A DNA stretch of 58,779 nucleotides, from IMG/VR virus record IMGVR_UViG_3300032006_001933, positions 1 to 58,779 of that record. One strand, written 5' to 3'. Origin of the DNA: a virus (lineage: Duplodnaviria > Caudoviricetes). Position numbers and translations under genes: made by a program. Under the pieces are notes generated by a model that worked only from the letters and a program-made list of their open reading frames with translations, was not told the DNA's origin and searched no databases. Position 1 is the first letter of the stretch, and the number at the start of each line of letters is the position of its first letter. Positions 19,687 to 28,456 of this stretch are shown here, piece after piece.

Positions 19687-20635
19687 ATAACTCCATTAAT
19701 TTATCATAGTGCCTTTCAATAGCACGTTTGTTCATCATATGTAAATTTTCACCTTCACTATATGTTAAAATATTATTCCATTCTTCTTTATAATCATTAG
19801 CAAAAAATATAATACCATTTTTGTCAACATTTGCAATATCATCTTTATATGCCATGTACTTCATAGGTGATGCTGGTAATTCTGTAAATATATCATCTAC
19901 ACAATCATTAAATCCTTTTAATAAATGCATACTAATACTGACTGCAAAATCTGTTCTATATACTCCCTCTGGAAATTTATACAAAGATTGATAGTAATCA
20001 TAGTTTTCTTTTACATGGGCCCACATATCAAAAAACATTTTTGATATAGAAGACTTATCAAAATATATAATAGTTGACCAATACAACGGAATACCTACAT
20101 CATTTAATCTTCTATCTAAATTATGATCTGGTTCTGTATTTTTTAATGTTTGTGCATTTTTATATAATTGTATAGGCGAATTTACATCAAAAGCTAAATT
20201 TAGTACAGCATTATTGACTAAAAAATCTACATCAAATAATATAGTTTGATCATATGGCGATAATGTAAATACTTCGTGCTTATTTAAATTGTTAAATTGT
20301 GCTTTATAATTAGCATATGGTGTATCAAAATAGTTACGAATGTTTGGTGTAGATTCGCTTTTTTCGTGTACTATAACATTATCAAATATATTACTTTCTT
20401 TAGAATGATTTAACGATCCTTGATCAGTAATCATAGTACAAGGCAAATTTAAATGCTTTTTTACAGAAGCCGCACTTAAACATGCTAACTTAATATAATT
20501 TAATTGTTCGTTGTTATACGCAAAAAATATTGCGCCTTTACTCGAAGTTAACGAGCTTTTTAATTGATCTTGCTTTTCGGATTTTTTCGTATCCTTGGAA
20601 GTGTTCATTTTTTGCATTTGCATATGTGTAAACAA
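19679..20635 (-). CDS. GT-A (GT8-like) glycosyltransferase, paralog of the downstream gene; start uncertain
   Basis: KGAIFFAYNN...YIKLACLSAASVKKH, SPYDQTILFDVDFLV (DxD), YWSTIIYF and YRTDFAVS. Confidence 0.72.
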   Translation of the reverse strand: MFTHMQMQKMNTSKDTKKSEKQDQLKSSLTSSKGAIFFAYNNEQLNYIKLACLSAASVKKHLNLPCTMITDQGSLNHSKESNIFDNVIVHEKSESTPNIRNYFDTPYANYKAQFNNLNKHEVFTLSPYDQTILFDVDFLVNNAVLNLAFDVNSPIQLYKNAQTLKNTEPDHNLDRRLNDVGIPLYWSTIIYFDKSSISKMFFDMWAHVKENYDYYQSLYKFPEGVYRTDFAVSISMHLLKGFNDCVDDIFTELPASPMKYMAYKDDIANVDKNGIIFFANDYKEEWNNILTYSEGENLHMMNKRAIERHYDKLMELYV

Positions 20636-20888
20636 TATTTTCTAAAAAGTCTTTTGGATCGTCTATTTTAACAGGATTTCCATTAACATCATCTACAACA
20701 AATTCTGCATACTCTAAATCTATCATAGTTTTAGTTAATGCAATAAGTTGTTCTGTTGTTTTAATAAGTCTGTCTCTGTATGTTAGAAGTTTTAGGTCTT
20801 CTACTTTTGAAAATAATGTTTGTTGTTGGTTATAAAGTGTTTGTCTAAAGTTTGAAAAGTCTAATGCTTTTTCTAATTTACTATCCAT
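20538..20888 (-). CDS. Small phage hypothetical protein linking tail genes and the enzyme cluster
   Basis: 116 aa with a strong RBS (AAGGAG) just upstream of the ATG. Confidence 0.8.
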   Translation of the reverse strand: MDSKLEKALDFSNFRQTLYNQQQTLFSKVEDLKLLTYRDRLIKTTEQLIALTKTMIDLEYAEFVVDDVNGNPVKIDDPKDFLENIVYTYANAKNEHFQGYEKIRKARSIKKLVNFE

Positions 20889-20901
20889 TTTCTCCTTTTA
20901 T

Positions 20902-22974
20902 TTAAGTTCTAAAAAATCCACTATGGTTTTCGGCAGATGACGCATTATCTTTAGCTATTGCTGGATTACCTTGCTCAGGATAAAAATAACCCACGGCGTC
21001 TGGGGATCTCATGCCAATTCGTAATGTTCCTGACCCATGAACTGTACAATTAGTTCCTGCATTATCATACATCATTCTATAAAAAATACATGGCTTATTT
21101 GATTGACCAGGATCTTTTACAAATCTCCAATCAAAATGAATCCATCCTCCGTCCCCAGGTGCTGTTTGTGAACCTGATATATCAGTTCCATATAAACTAG
21201 CGGCACCATTATATTGACAAGCTCTGTACCATTTGCTACATGCCCAGTTATAGCTAACTAAATTACCATGTGTGGCATTATCATATACGGTTCCGGATAT
21301 TCCTCGAAGATTTTGATAAAGCTCAACGGTTGAAGCATCAGTTATAGTTTCGATTTCACCTATCCAATCACCTACATGTAATATATCGTGTGTAGCCATA
21401 TTTGTTGTTGAAAGTCCTGTTATTGTTGTTCCGTTGGTTGTACCACTACCACCGCCACTAAAATATGCATTTGCCTTATCTCCTAATCCATGCACCCTAA
21501 TACAATCTCCAGTAACTGGCCATCCATTACCAGATCCACCAGAGGTAAAACCGATATACCCTGAACTTATAAGTGCGGCATTTTCATGATAAGGATTAAA
21601 TTGTCCTGCAAAGACTTTACTAGTATTACTATCTTCATTAGCACGAGCCAACATTGCCCACATGTTACCACCCCACGATCCGTTACTATTATAATGAGGC
21701 CAAAAAGTACAACAACCACCTTGATTAAACCAATATCGCAAATGATTCCAATCATTAAAAGTCATGCGAGCTTCAACAAATGGTCTATCTTTTCCATAAT
21801 CGGTCCCGCCGGAAGCACTCCAAGGCCATGGTAGACCACTATAACTCTGAGACCAAGTATCTGAACCCCAAGCATGGTTGCTTGGAAGTGATCCGCTTAC
21901 AGCCGACAAAGAGTCGGAATAAACATCTTCATCTTTATTATTAGTTGTATAAGGAGCATATATTCCGTCTACATGTAATTTATGAAAATTATAACCACCT
22001 AATGAAGATGTATTAGGAGGAACCGACTCCGCTCCTCCTATCCGTTCTATTTCAGCCGACATTGCATTTACATGATCATCCCGAACTCGTCCCATATCTT
22101 CATTTATATCTGTAGTAGAAGAACCATCTGATTTTCTCATTGATCCATGTTCTGTTACAAGATCGAGAGTTTTCTTGCTATTACCTGTAGCAAAAGTAGA
22201 TTGCCCTGTACGTTTTATTGCGGCATTTATTCTTTGTTGTATTGCTATATATTGATCTCTAGCAATAGAAGTTGTTCGTTCGTAATTACCTGCTAAACCA
22301 GTTCCTGCAACAAAATCTATAACAAAATTAATATGTCCTCCCGATCCTGCCCATACTTGATAAGAACTAGCATCATGGGGAACTGTCATTGCTTCATTAT
22401 CATATAAGTCTAATGTATCGGCGTCAATAACTTTTGCATAAAAATATTGTTCATTTAATTGATGCATACTAGTTGAAGGGACACGTACTATTTGTATATA
22501 ATTATGAGCAGATAAAGTACCGCCTTCGTGGGCTTCATCTAATAAGCCATGACCTACACATGTAACTCTACATGGATTTGCTTTAGTAGCATTAGTTATA
22601 TTAGGTAGTACTGTATATTTTCCATATCCAGTAGCATCTCTTGGATCAGAAGTAGATATTGGATTTGATCCAGATCCTCCAGCAGAAATATGAGAATCGG
22701 GATTTCCAGACATATCGCCCATACCTGCGGCTTGATTTCCTGAACCAGATGTGCCTGCATCATAACTAGCAGATTGGTTCCACCCACAGGCTCGTTCGTA
22801 TTCGTTTTTGTCGTCCCAATCCGTACAAATAGGACCTGGACCCCAAAACCTAACCCACAAATCTCTTTCTAGTTTTCTTACCCATTGTGCTTCAATAGTA
22901 TCAGGTGGTTCAGTTCCACCTGATCCGCCAACAATACCTACATTGTAACCGGATCTATTTTGATATTCGGCCAT
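20902..22974 (-). CDS. Putative virion structural (tail or baseplate-associated) protein
   Basis: Gly/Ser/Asp-rich; contains an ITNATKANPCRVTCVGHGL module (FCCH-like domain seen in phage tail proteins); directly follows the fibre gene; RBS AGGA. Confidence 0.65.
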   Translation of the reverse strand: MAEYQNRSGYNVGIVGGSGGTEPPDTIEAQWVRKLERDLWVRFWGPGPICTDWDDKNEYERACGWNQSASYDAGTSGSGNQAAGMGDMSGNPDSHISAGGSGSNPISTSDPRDATGYGKYTVLPNITNATKANPCRVTCVGHGLLDEAHEGGTLSAHNYIQIVRVPSTSMHQLNEQYFYAKVIDADTLDLYDNEAMTVPHDASSYQVWAGSGGHINFVIDFVAGTGLAGNYERTTSIARDQYIAIQQRINAAIKRTGQSTFATGNSKKTLDLVTEHGSMRKSDGSSTTDINEDMGRVRDDHVNAMSAEIERIGGAESVPPNTSSLGGYNFHKLHVDGIYAPYTTNNKDEDVYSDSLSAVSGSLPSNHAWGSDTWSQSYSGLPWPWSASGGTDYGKDRPFVEARMTFNDWNHLRYWFNQGGCCTFWPHYNSNGSWGGNMWAMLARANEDSNTSKVFAGQFNPYHENAALISSGYIGFTSGGSGNGWPVTGDCIRVHGLGDKANAYFSGGGSGTTNGTTITGLSTTNMATHDILHVGDWIGEIETITDASTVELYQNLRGISGTVYDNATHGNLVSYNWACSKWYRACQYNGAASLYGTDISGSQTAPGDGGWIHFDWRFVKDPGQSNKPCIFYRMMYDNAGTNCTVHGSGTLRIGMRSPDAVGYFYPEQGNPAIAKDNASSAENHSGFFRT

Positions 22975-22987
22975 CTAGTTTCCTATA

Positions 22988-25900
22988 TTAGTTTCTAGTA
23001 ACGGCGATTTCTATTGTGCCTTCTCCGTCAGAGTCATGTGCCTCAATCGCTCTACCTATTATAGCAAATACTGAATCATTTGTCAAGTCTGCTTTTCTGG
23101 CTCTGCCCGGTGTTGAGGATGACACTAATCTATCGCCTTTATTTATTTTTCCAACAACCTTACATGGACACCGCCCGGTCATTGCTATTAATGGATGCGT
23201 TTCGTTTGTACCTGCTCTTCCATTCATTATAAATGCAGGTTCTGTAGATACTACTCCAAAAACATCTTCATCATTTTCAGAGGTAGTTGCTGTTACTTCA
23301 GCAGTACCAGCCATAGCAACTACTGTTCCTGGTTCTAAATTATCATCTGCTTCATAACGTTCTGCTAAGTCAGCGGTATATGTTGCTTGGAAAGTTGATC
23401 CAGCAGTTAAGGACCAATCGCCATCTATTAATCCAGTTGATGTATTGGATCCGGCACTAATATTTCTTACATAAATTGTACGCCAACGTTTATTAGTGGT
23501 ACCAGTTGCTGTTAATCCGGCATGATGTTGGGAAATACTTAATTCAGCATTTGTTGCACCTAAATCCCAACCTTCACCAGTAAGTGTTGCATTAAGATCA
23601 GTACTATCTGTTGCTGGCATTACATGAGAACCGATAAATGAATTAAAAAATACATGTCTATCCCATAAATCAGTTGTACCGGGATTAACTAAAGTTCCAT
23701 CACCTAAGTGTATATGACCATTTAATCTTGTATCTTTTGCATCTACTTCAAATCTAGTTAACCAATCGGCCATTGTCCCAACAGTTCCGACTGGAGTAGC
23801 TGATGTTCTACCTATAGTATCATGTTTTTCTATTACAACCATATCTGTTGCTTGAAGATGAACTTCGTTTCCGTCATCGGCTTTGGTTTCAATTTCTATA
23901 TTACTGTCGGCCGACCCACCCCATACTGTTCGCTGTCCGTATGGAAAAAGAGTTGAACCTGAGGCTGTCGGAGCACCAGATGATCTAACATATACTTTAC
24001 TCTCTTGAACCCCAGCAGTATGATTACCATCGGCTTCTGCTCTAATATCAACTGTACTTAAAGAATCACCTTTAACATGTGTATGAATATTAGCCTCTGC
24101 TGGTGCTGAATCGCCTTGTGATTCAGCATATGCTGTAAATTTACCAAATTTACCTGCATCATCAGGTCCACCTAATGCATATATAAAAACTTCTCCTGCA
24201 CCTTTATGAGTTGCTATTGCTCCTAAATTAGTTGTTGCTTTAGCAGTTGTCCCTGATGAATGAGTTGCTCTATTTAAAATAGTTAAATGTTCTTCAACAT
24301 CCCAATGATTTTCAACTCTTATATTTTTAATAAATCCATCAGCATAATGTAAATTATGAGTACCAATTGTCATGCCTGATCCGTCAAATGGTTTTTCCTG
24401 GTCAAATGCTCCATCATTATGTCCATCCATTATAGGATATAAACCTACAAATTTTTGAGAACTATCAGTTACATGAGGTCCGTCTATCATTGGACTAGGA
24501 GTTGAAACTGCTTGGGATGGATCCGAACACAATACACCATTAAACTTAGTTGAATTTACTTCTTTAAAAGGTTTAGGTGTTCTATAATTATTACCTGCTT
24601 GAGAAGCTGATGCACCATTTACAGTACCTGAAGAATATTGTACTGCAATTACAGCATTTTGTCCTAAACTAGCATTTGCAGTAGTTGAATCTCTTGCCTC
24701 ACCTACTATACCTACAGGGCCTTGTTCTGAGTAATGTTTTCCTTTAGTCATCACTTCAACACCTGCTATAGTGCCATCTGCTCCTACAGTAGGTATTACA
24801 AATGCTCCTGTTCCATAATCGGTATCTGTATCATGTACATGAATTCTTGGTCTATTCCATCCTATTGCCCTACCTTCTCGTAAAGCACATACTTGGCCTT
24901 CACCATTATCAACAAACCATATTGGATCTTCTAGAAAACTATTTGTTATATCTACTCCTGCCCAAGTTGCAGATGTTATATCTGGAGTTGTTGCATCTAA
25001 ATCTATTGCTGTAGCTCCCTGTGTATTCCATCTAGCACCAGGTCCTCCCGATCCTCTCATAAATGTCCCTGGTGAATCAGCTTGAGTAGTTACTGCTCCA
25101 TCTCTAATAACAAATAAATTGTCACCACTAGAACCACTTACCTTAGTAGATGATGCTCCTCCTTCACCGATGCTAACTCCTGTATTCACCAATGAATCAG
25201 ATCCATCACAAGGATATGCATCTCTATAAAAATGAAACTCACCTCTAACAATTCTTTCGTCACTATCAACTAAAATAAGATCTTTACCTGGATAACCACC
25301 AGCATCATTATATTCAGTATCAGCATCTGCCAATGTATTTGGGTATGCCGCGGCCGCACTATCTTGAGGCCATCCGTTATATCTAGCAATAAATCCACCA
25401 ACATCTCTATCAGTTGGTACTGCTTCGTGTCCTTGACTATCACTTATTATATCACATTTAACACCTGCTTGAGCAGTATACATCAATGCATCTAAATTTG
25501 CTAACTTAAAACCAGAAATTGTATCTTGGTTTAAAGATCCATCTTCTGGATCATCGCCTGCGGCTTCTTCATTTTCTAAATCACCTTCAGTTTTACCAGT
25601 AAATGTACCTAACTTAAAAAAGTCTTCTTGTTTATTAATAGGTCCGCCACCTGTTACTACTGTACCGGATAATGCAAAATCTGAATCATCCCATAATAGT
25701 GTAGAAAATGGAACTTGATTATTTGCAAGCAATCCTCTATCTATAAATAAACCCGAAATACCTTCTAGTGGGGCGGATCCTGAATTTGCTGGTGCCAAGT
25801 CTGTTTGGCTTTTATTAAGTTCTATTAAATTATCTTCAATAGTTAAATTGTTTACTTCAATATTATTAATATTACCGCCAGTATATAAAGATCCTGTTAC

Positions 25901-27787
25901 AGACATACTACCGTTAACGTGTAAATTTTTACCTATATGGGCTCCGCCATCTACTCTTAATCCTCCATCGGCTGTTACTGCTCCGGATGAAGTACCTAAT
26001 GTTTGCTCTCGTTCGTATGTAACATTAACATAACCTGCTCGTCTTCGTTGTAGTGCATCTGATGAATCTAAAATATCCATTTTCCATGCACCTGCTCCTC
26101 CACCATATGTATAACCAGACCATGCAGTTTTATCGTTATCATGAACCGAAGTTTCGTTGCCTGTTTCGCCTTCGTCTGTACCATATCCATCTCTTGTTGT
26201 TAACCCTGCAATACCTGGATCGTTTCTGTGCCAATTAGTAAGATCACTAATAGCTCCTGATTCAAAACTAGATATATTTCCACCATGTATTTTATCACCA
26301 CTAATAGCATTACTATCTAATAATAATCTATCATCTCCTAATACAGCCATTAATACAGCATCGCCATTTCCTGCACCTGCTGTACCTGTAAATGTTATTC
26401 CTCCATTTGTAGTAGAAGGAGCATATGTATAACCATCACCTTGATTAGCTATTGTAACGGCAGTAATTACACCAGCATCTGTTGTAATGGAAGCGGTTGC
26501 TGTGGTGCCTGCTTCTCCAGTAGGAGCCTGAATAATTATAGTACCATTAGTATAACCTGTACCAGCATTTAATATGCTAATTGTTGTAATTTTTCTACCA
26601 AATCCTGCTTGAAGATTACTAAAATCTGCAAAATCAGTTGCATTTCTTCCTATACGAATATTACCTGATAAAGCAGGTTTAATAGGAGGTGTAAAATATC
26701 CATTACCGCCTGCTTTTCCATTTGTATCATTACCTATTGTAACAGATATAATTTTATCTTCAAATTCTGTTCCTGCTGTTCCTAATACAGCAGTAAGGGC
26801 TGGTGCTGTTCCTGAAGGTCCTTGTCCTGCGGGTATTTGATCAAAAGCACTTGCACCATTTGTATTCCATGTACTAACGGTAGATGTAGTATAACCACTA
26901 CCTTGATTGGTTATAACAATTGATTCAATTGACTGCAATGACTTATTAATAACAGGATAACCTTCCGCCATAGTACCGCCTGCTCCTGGAGCAGGAAATT
27001 TAACTTGATATTCTCTTCCTTCGGTAGATCCTGTTTGAAGATCTGGATCATACGCACCAGATAATGTTAATCCTGCATTTACAAACGGAAATGATGTATG
27101 TAATGCAGATCCATCAGGATGAGATTCAACATCATATGTTACAGAAGATCCACCACTTTGAATTTGTAAAGGTGTGCCATCTAATTTTCCTAAAGGTGAC
27201 CATTCTTTTTCACCGGTAGAATATATACCAATAACCCTGCTATCAACAACAAATTTAATACATGCATGAGATACCGGGGGCGTAGTTGTTTGTCCTGCGG
27301 CAGAATCATCGTAAACATTTTGAAAAAGCAATGTTGCATCTGCGGCAACAGGTACACTAAGTTGACCCCATTGTAAGGCACCTGTTTCGTCATTTTTATA
27401 TCGTATGTTTAATATACCAGCATCAGCCGAACTATTAAACCAAAAATCACCTTCTCGAGGTGTATATCCACTTGCATCATCAACAGGATCTGTTGGCCTA
27501 ATATCCAATGTAGCCATTGACTTCCATTTGGTTTTGTTGTTAGCATCTTGGTCTAACATGTATATGTGACCATCCGATGGTTTATACCAAAGTTGGCCAA
27601 CAATAGGATTAGTAGGTGCAATATCTCTAGAAAAATTTTCTACTATATGAACAAAATTTTCTGCAATAAGTTGTCCATAATTTTTATAGTTTTGCCCTAC
27701 TAATTTTAAAGGGGTCTGGGTGTTAACTGTACCTTCTAGTACACTTGCTATTGAAGCACCCTTGTAATTTTTTACATCATATGGCAT
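22988..27787 (-). CDS. Long tail fibre or spike protein with C-terminal autocleaving chaperone (peptidase G2-like)
   Basis: N-terminal attachment-type segment (LVGQNYKNYGQLIAENF...APTNPIVGQLWY), repeated GxGYT modules, C-terminal ADLAERYEAD...GVVSTEPAFIMN...KGDRLVSS...IIGRAIE. Confidence 0.8.
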   Translation of the reverse strand: MPYDVKNYKGASIASVLEGTVNTQTPLKLVGQNYKNYGQLIAENFVHIVENFSRDIAPTNPIVGQLWYKPSDGHIYMLDQDANNKTKWKSMATLDIRPTDPVDDASGYTPREGDFWFNSSADAGILNIRYKNDETGALQWGQLSVPVAADATLLFQNVYDDSAAGQTTTPPVSHACIKFVVDSRVIGIYSTGEKEWSPLGKLDGTPLQIQSGGSSVTYDVESHPDGSALHTSFPFVNAGLTLSGAYDPDLQTGSTEGREYQVKFPAPGAGGTMAEGYPVINKSLQSIESIVITNQGSGYTTSTVSTWNTNGASAFDQIPAGQGPSGTAPALTAVLGTAGTEFEDKIISVTIGNDTNGKAGGNGYFTPPIKPALSGNIRIGRNATDFADFSNLQAGFGRKITTISILNAGTGYTNGTIIIQAPTGEAGTTATASITTDAGVITAVTIANQGDGYTYAPSTTNGGITFTGTAGAGNGDAVLMAVLGDDRLLLDSNAISGDKIHGGNISSFESGAISDLTNWHRNDPGIAGLTTRDGYGTDEGETGNETSVHDNDKTAWSGYTYGGGAGAWKMDILDSSDALQRRRAGYVNVTYEREQTLGTSSGAVTADGGLRVDGGAHIGKNLHVNGSMSVTGSLYTGGNINNIEVNNLTIEDNLIELNKSQTDLAPANSGSAPLEGISGLFIDRGLLANNQVPFSTLLWDDSDFALSGTVVTGGGPINKQEDFFKLGTFTGKTEGDLENEEAAGDDPEDGSLNQDTISGFKLANLDALMYTAQAGVKCDIISDSQGHEAVPTDRDVGGFIARYNGWPQDSAAAAYPNTLADADTEYNDAGGYPGKDLILVDSDERIVRGEFHFYRDAYPCDGSDSLVNTGVSIGEGGASSTKVSGSSGDNLFVIRDGAVTTQADSPGTFMRGSGGPGARWNTQGATAIDLDATTPDITSATWAGVDITNSFLEDPIWFVDNGEGQVCALREGRAIGWNRPRIHVHDTDTDYGTGAFVIPTVGADGTIAGVEVMTKGKHYSEQGPVGIVGEARDSTTANASLGQNAVIAVQYSSGTVNGASASQAGNNYRTPKPFKEVNSTKFNGVLCSDPSQAVSTPSPMIDGPHVTDSSQKFVGLYPIMDGHNDGAFDQEKPFDGSGMTIGTHNLHYADGFIKNIRVENHWDVEEHLTILNRATHSSGTTAKATTNLGAIATHKGAGEVFIYALGGPDDAGKFGKFTAYAESQGDSAPAEANIHTHVKGDSLSTVDIRAEADGNHTAGVQESKVYVRSSGAPTASGSTLFPYGQRTVWGGSADSNIEIETKADDGNEVHLQATDMVVIEKHDTIGRTSATPVGTVGTMADWLTRFEVDAKDTRLNGHIHLGDGTLVNPGTTDLWDRHVFFNSFIGSHVMPATDSTDLNATLTGEGWDLGATNAELSISQHHAGLTATGTTNKRWRTIYVRNISAGSNTSTGLIDGDWSLTAGSTFQATYTADLAERYEADDNLEPGTVVAMAGTAEVTATTSENDEDVFGVVSTEPAFIMNGRAGTNETHPLIAMTGRCPCKVVGKINKGDRLVSSSTPGRARKADLTNDSVFAIIGRAIEAHDSDGEGTIEIAVTRN

Positions 27788-27799
27788 TGTTTCTACCTT

Positions 27800-28429
27800 T
27801 TAACTTGCTGTATAGTTGGTTCTCACTTTAATTGTGTATAGAACTTGAATCTTTCTGTTTGCACTTTTTTGGACTGGATGAAATACTACATGGCTTAATA
27901 ATAATCCTTGATTTCTTCCATCTGCTGATTTTGCTTTTAAACCTAATTCATCAAATACAAAATTTCCATCAATAGTAGCATCGTCTGCTTTTTGATCTGC
28001 ACTTGCTAAATTAAAATTTGTATCGCTTGCTACCGGTTCATCATAATTTAAAGTGCATGTTATTATAATATCTGTATATGCATTTCCATCTGTATATGCA
28101 ATATCCATTTTATTTTCTGTTATGTCTGTATTATCGGCATCTAACACATCAACATTTTTAAAGAACCTATCATTATATAAATCATCATTTGCTAAAGTAA
28201 CTTTGGGTTCTCTATATGTAATATTACCTTGAGCATCTATAATTGTACCGTCATTTCCGAAATGCATTTCATATAAAGAAAAATGATCTTTATTGCTTAG
28301 TGTAGTTGCAATACATCTGCTCATATTTTCTGCATGTATTTTATTTGCTTTATCGACAAGGATCTCACCTGTATCTACATCAAATATTTTAACGTGTCCT
28401 TGCATATCTATATTAAGATTACTTTTCAT
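27800..28429 (-). CDS. Putative baseplate or tail structural protein
   Basis: 209 aa between two structural genes; GHVKIFD...FVFDELGL...LLSHVVFHPVQKSANR; preceded by a TATAAATA box. Confidence 0.6.
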   Translation of the reverse strand: MKSNLNIDMQGHVKIFDVDTGEILVDKANKIHAENMSRCIATTLSNKDHFSLYEMHFGNDGTIIDAQGNITYREPKVTLANDDLYNDRFFKNVDVLDADNTDITENKMDIAYTDGNAYTDIIITCTLNYDEPVASDTNFNLASADQKADDATIDGNFVFDELGLKAKSADGRNQGLLLSHVVFHPVQKSANRKIQVLYTIKVRTNYTAS

Positions 28430-28448
28430 TTATAATACCCTATATTAA

Positions 28449-28456
28449 TATTTATA
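28449..28456 (-). promoter_or_regulatory. T4-type late promoter TATAAATA
   Basis: Exact TATAAATA on the minus strand, overlapping the stop of the 4066-aa gene, 19 nt upstream of the next ATG. Confidence 0.6.

Noticed and set aside
2-20635. DNA hypermodification or 7-deazaguanine pathway
   Set aside because: No recognisable QueC, QueD, FolE, DpdA, thymidylate-synthase-like or TET/JBP gene, and the context is structural rather than replicative. Disfavoured rather than disproved.
1-20635. Bacterial capsule or O-antigen locus, or a prophage-host junction
   Set aside because: No flippase, polymerase, nucleotide-sugar synthesis or housekeeping genes, and no att site or integrase; the cluster is continuous with phage tail genes.
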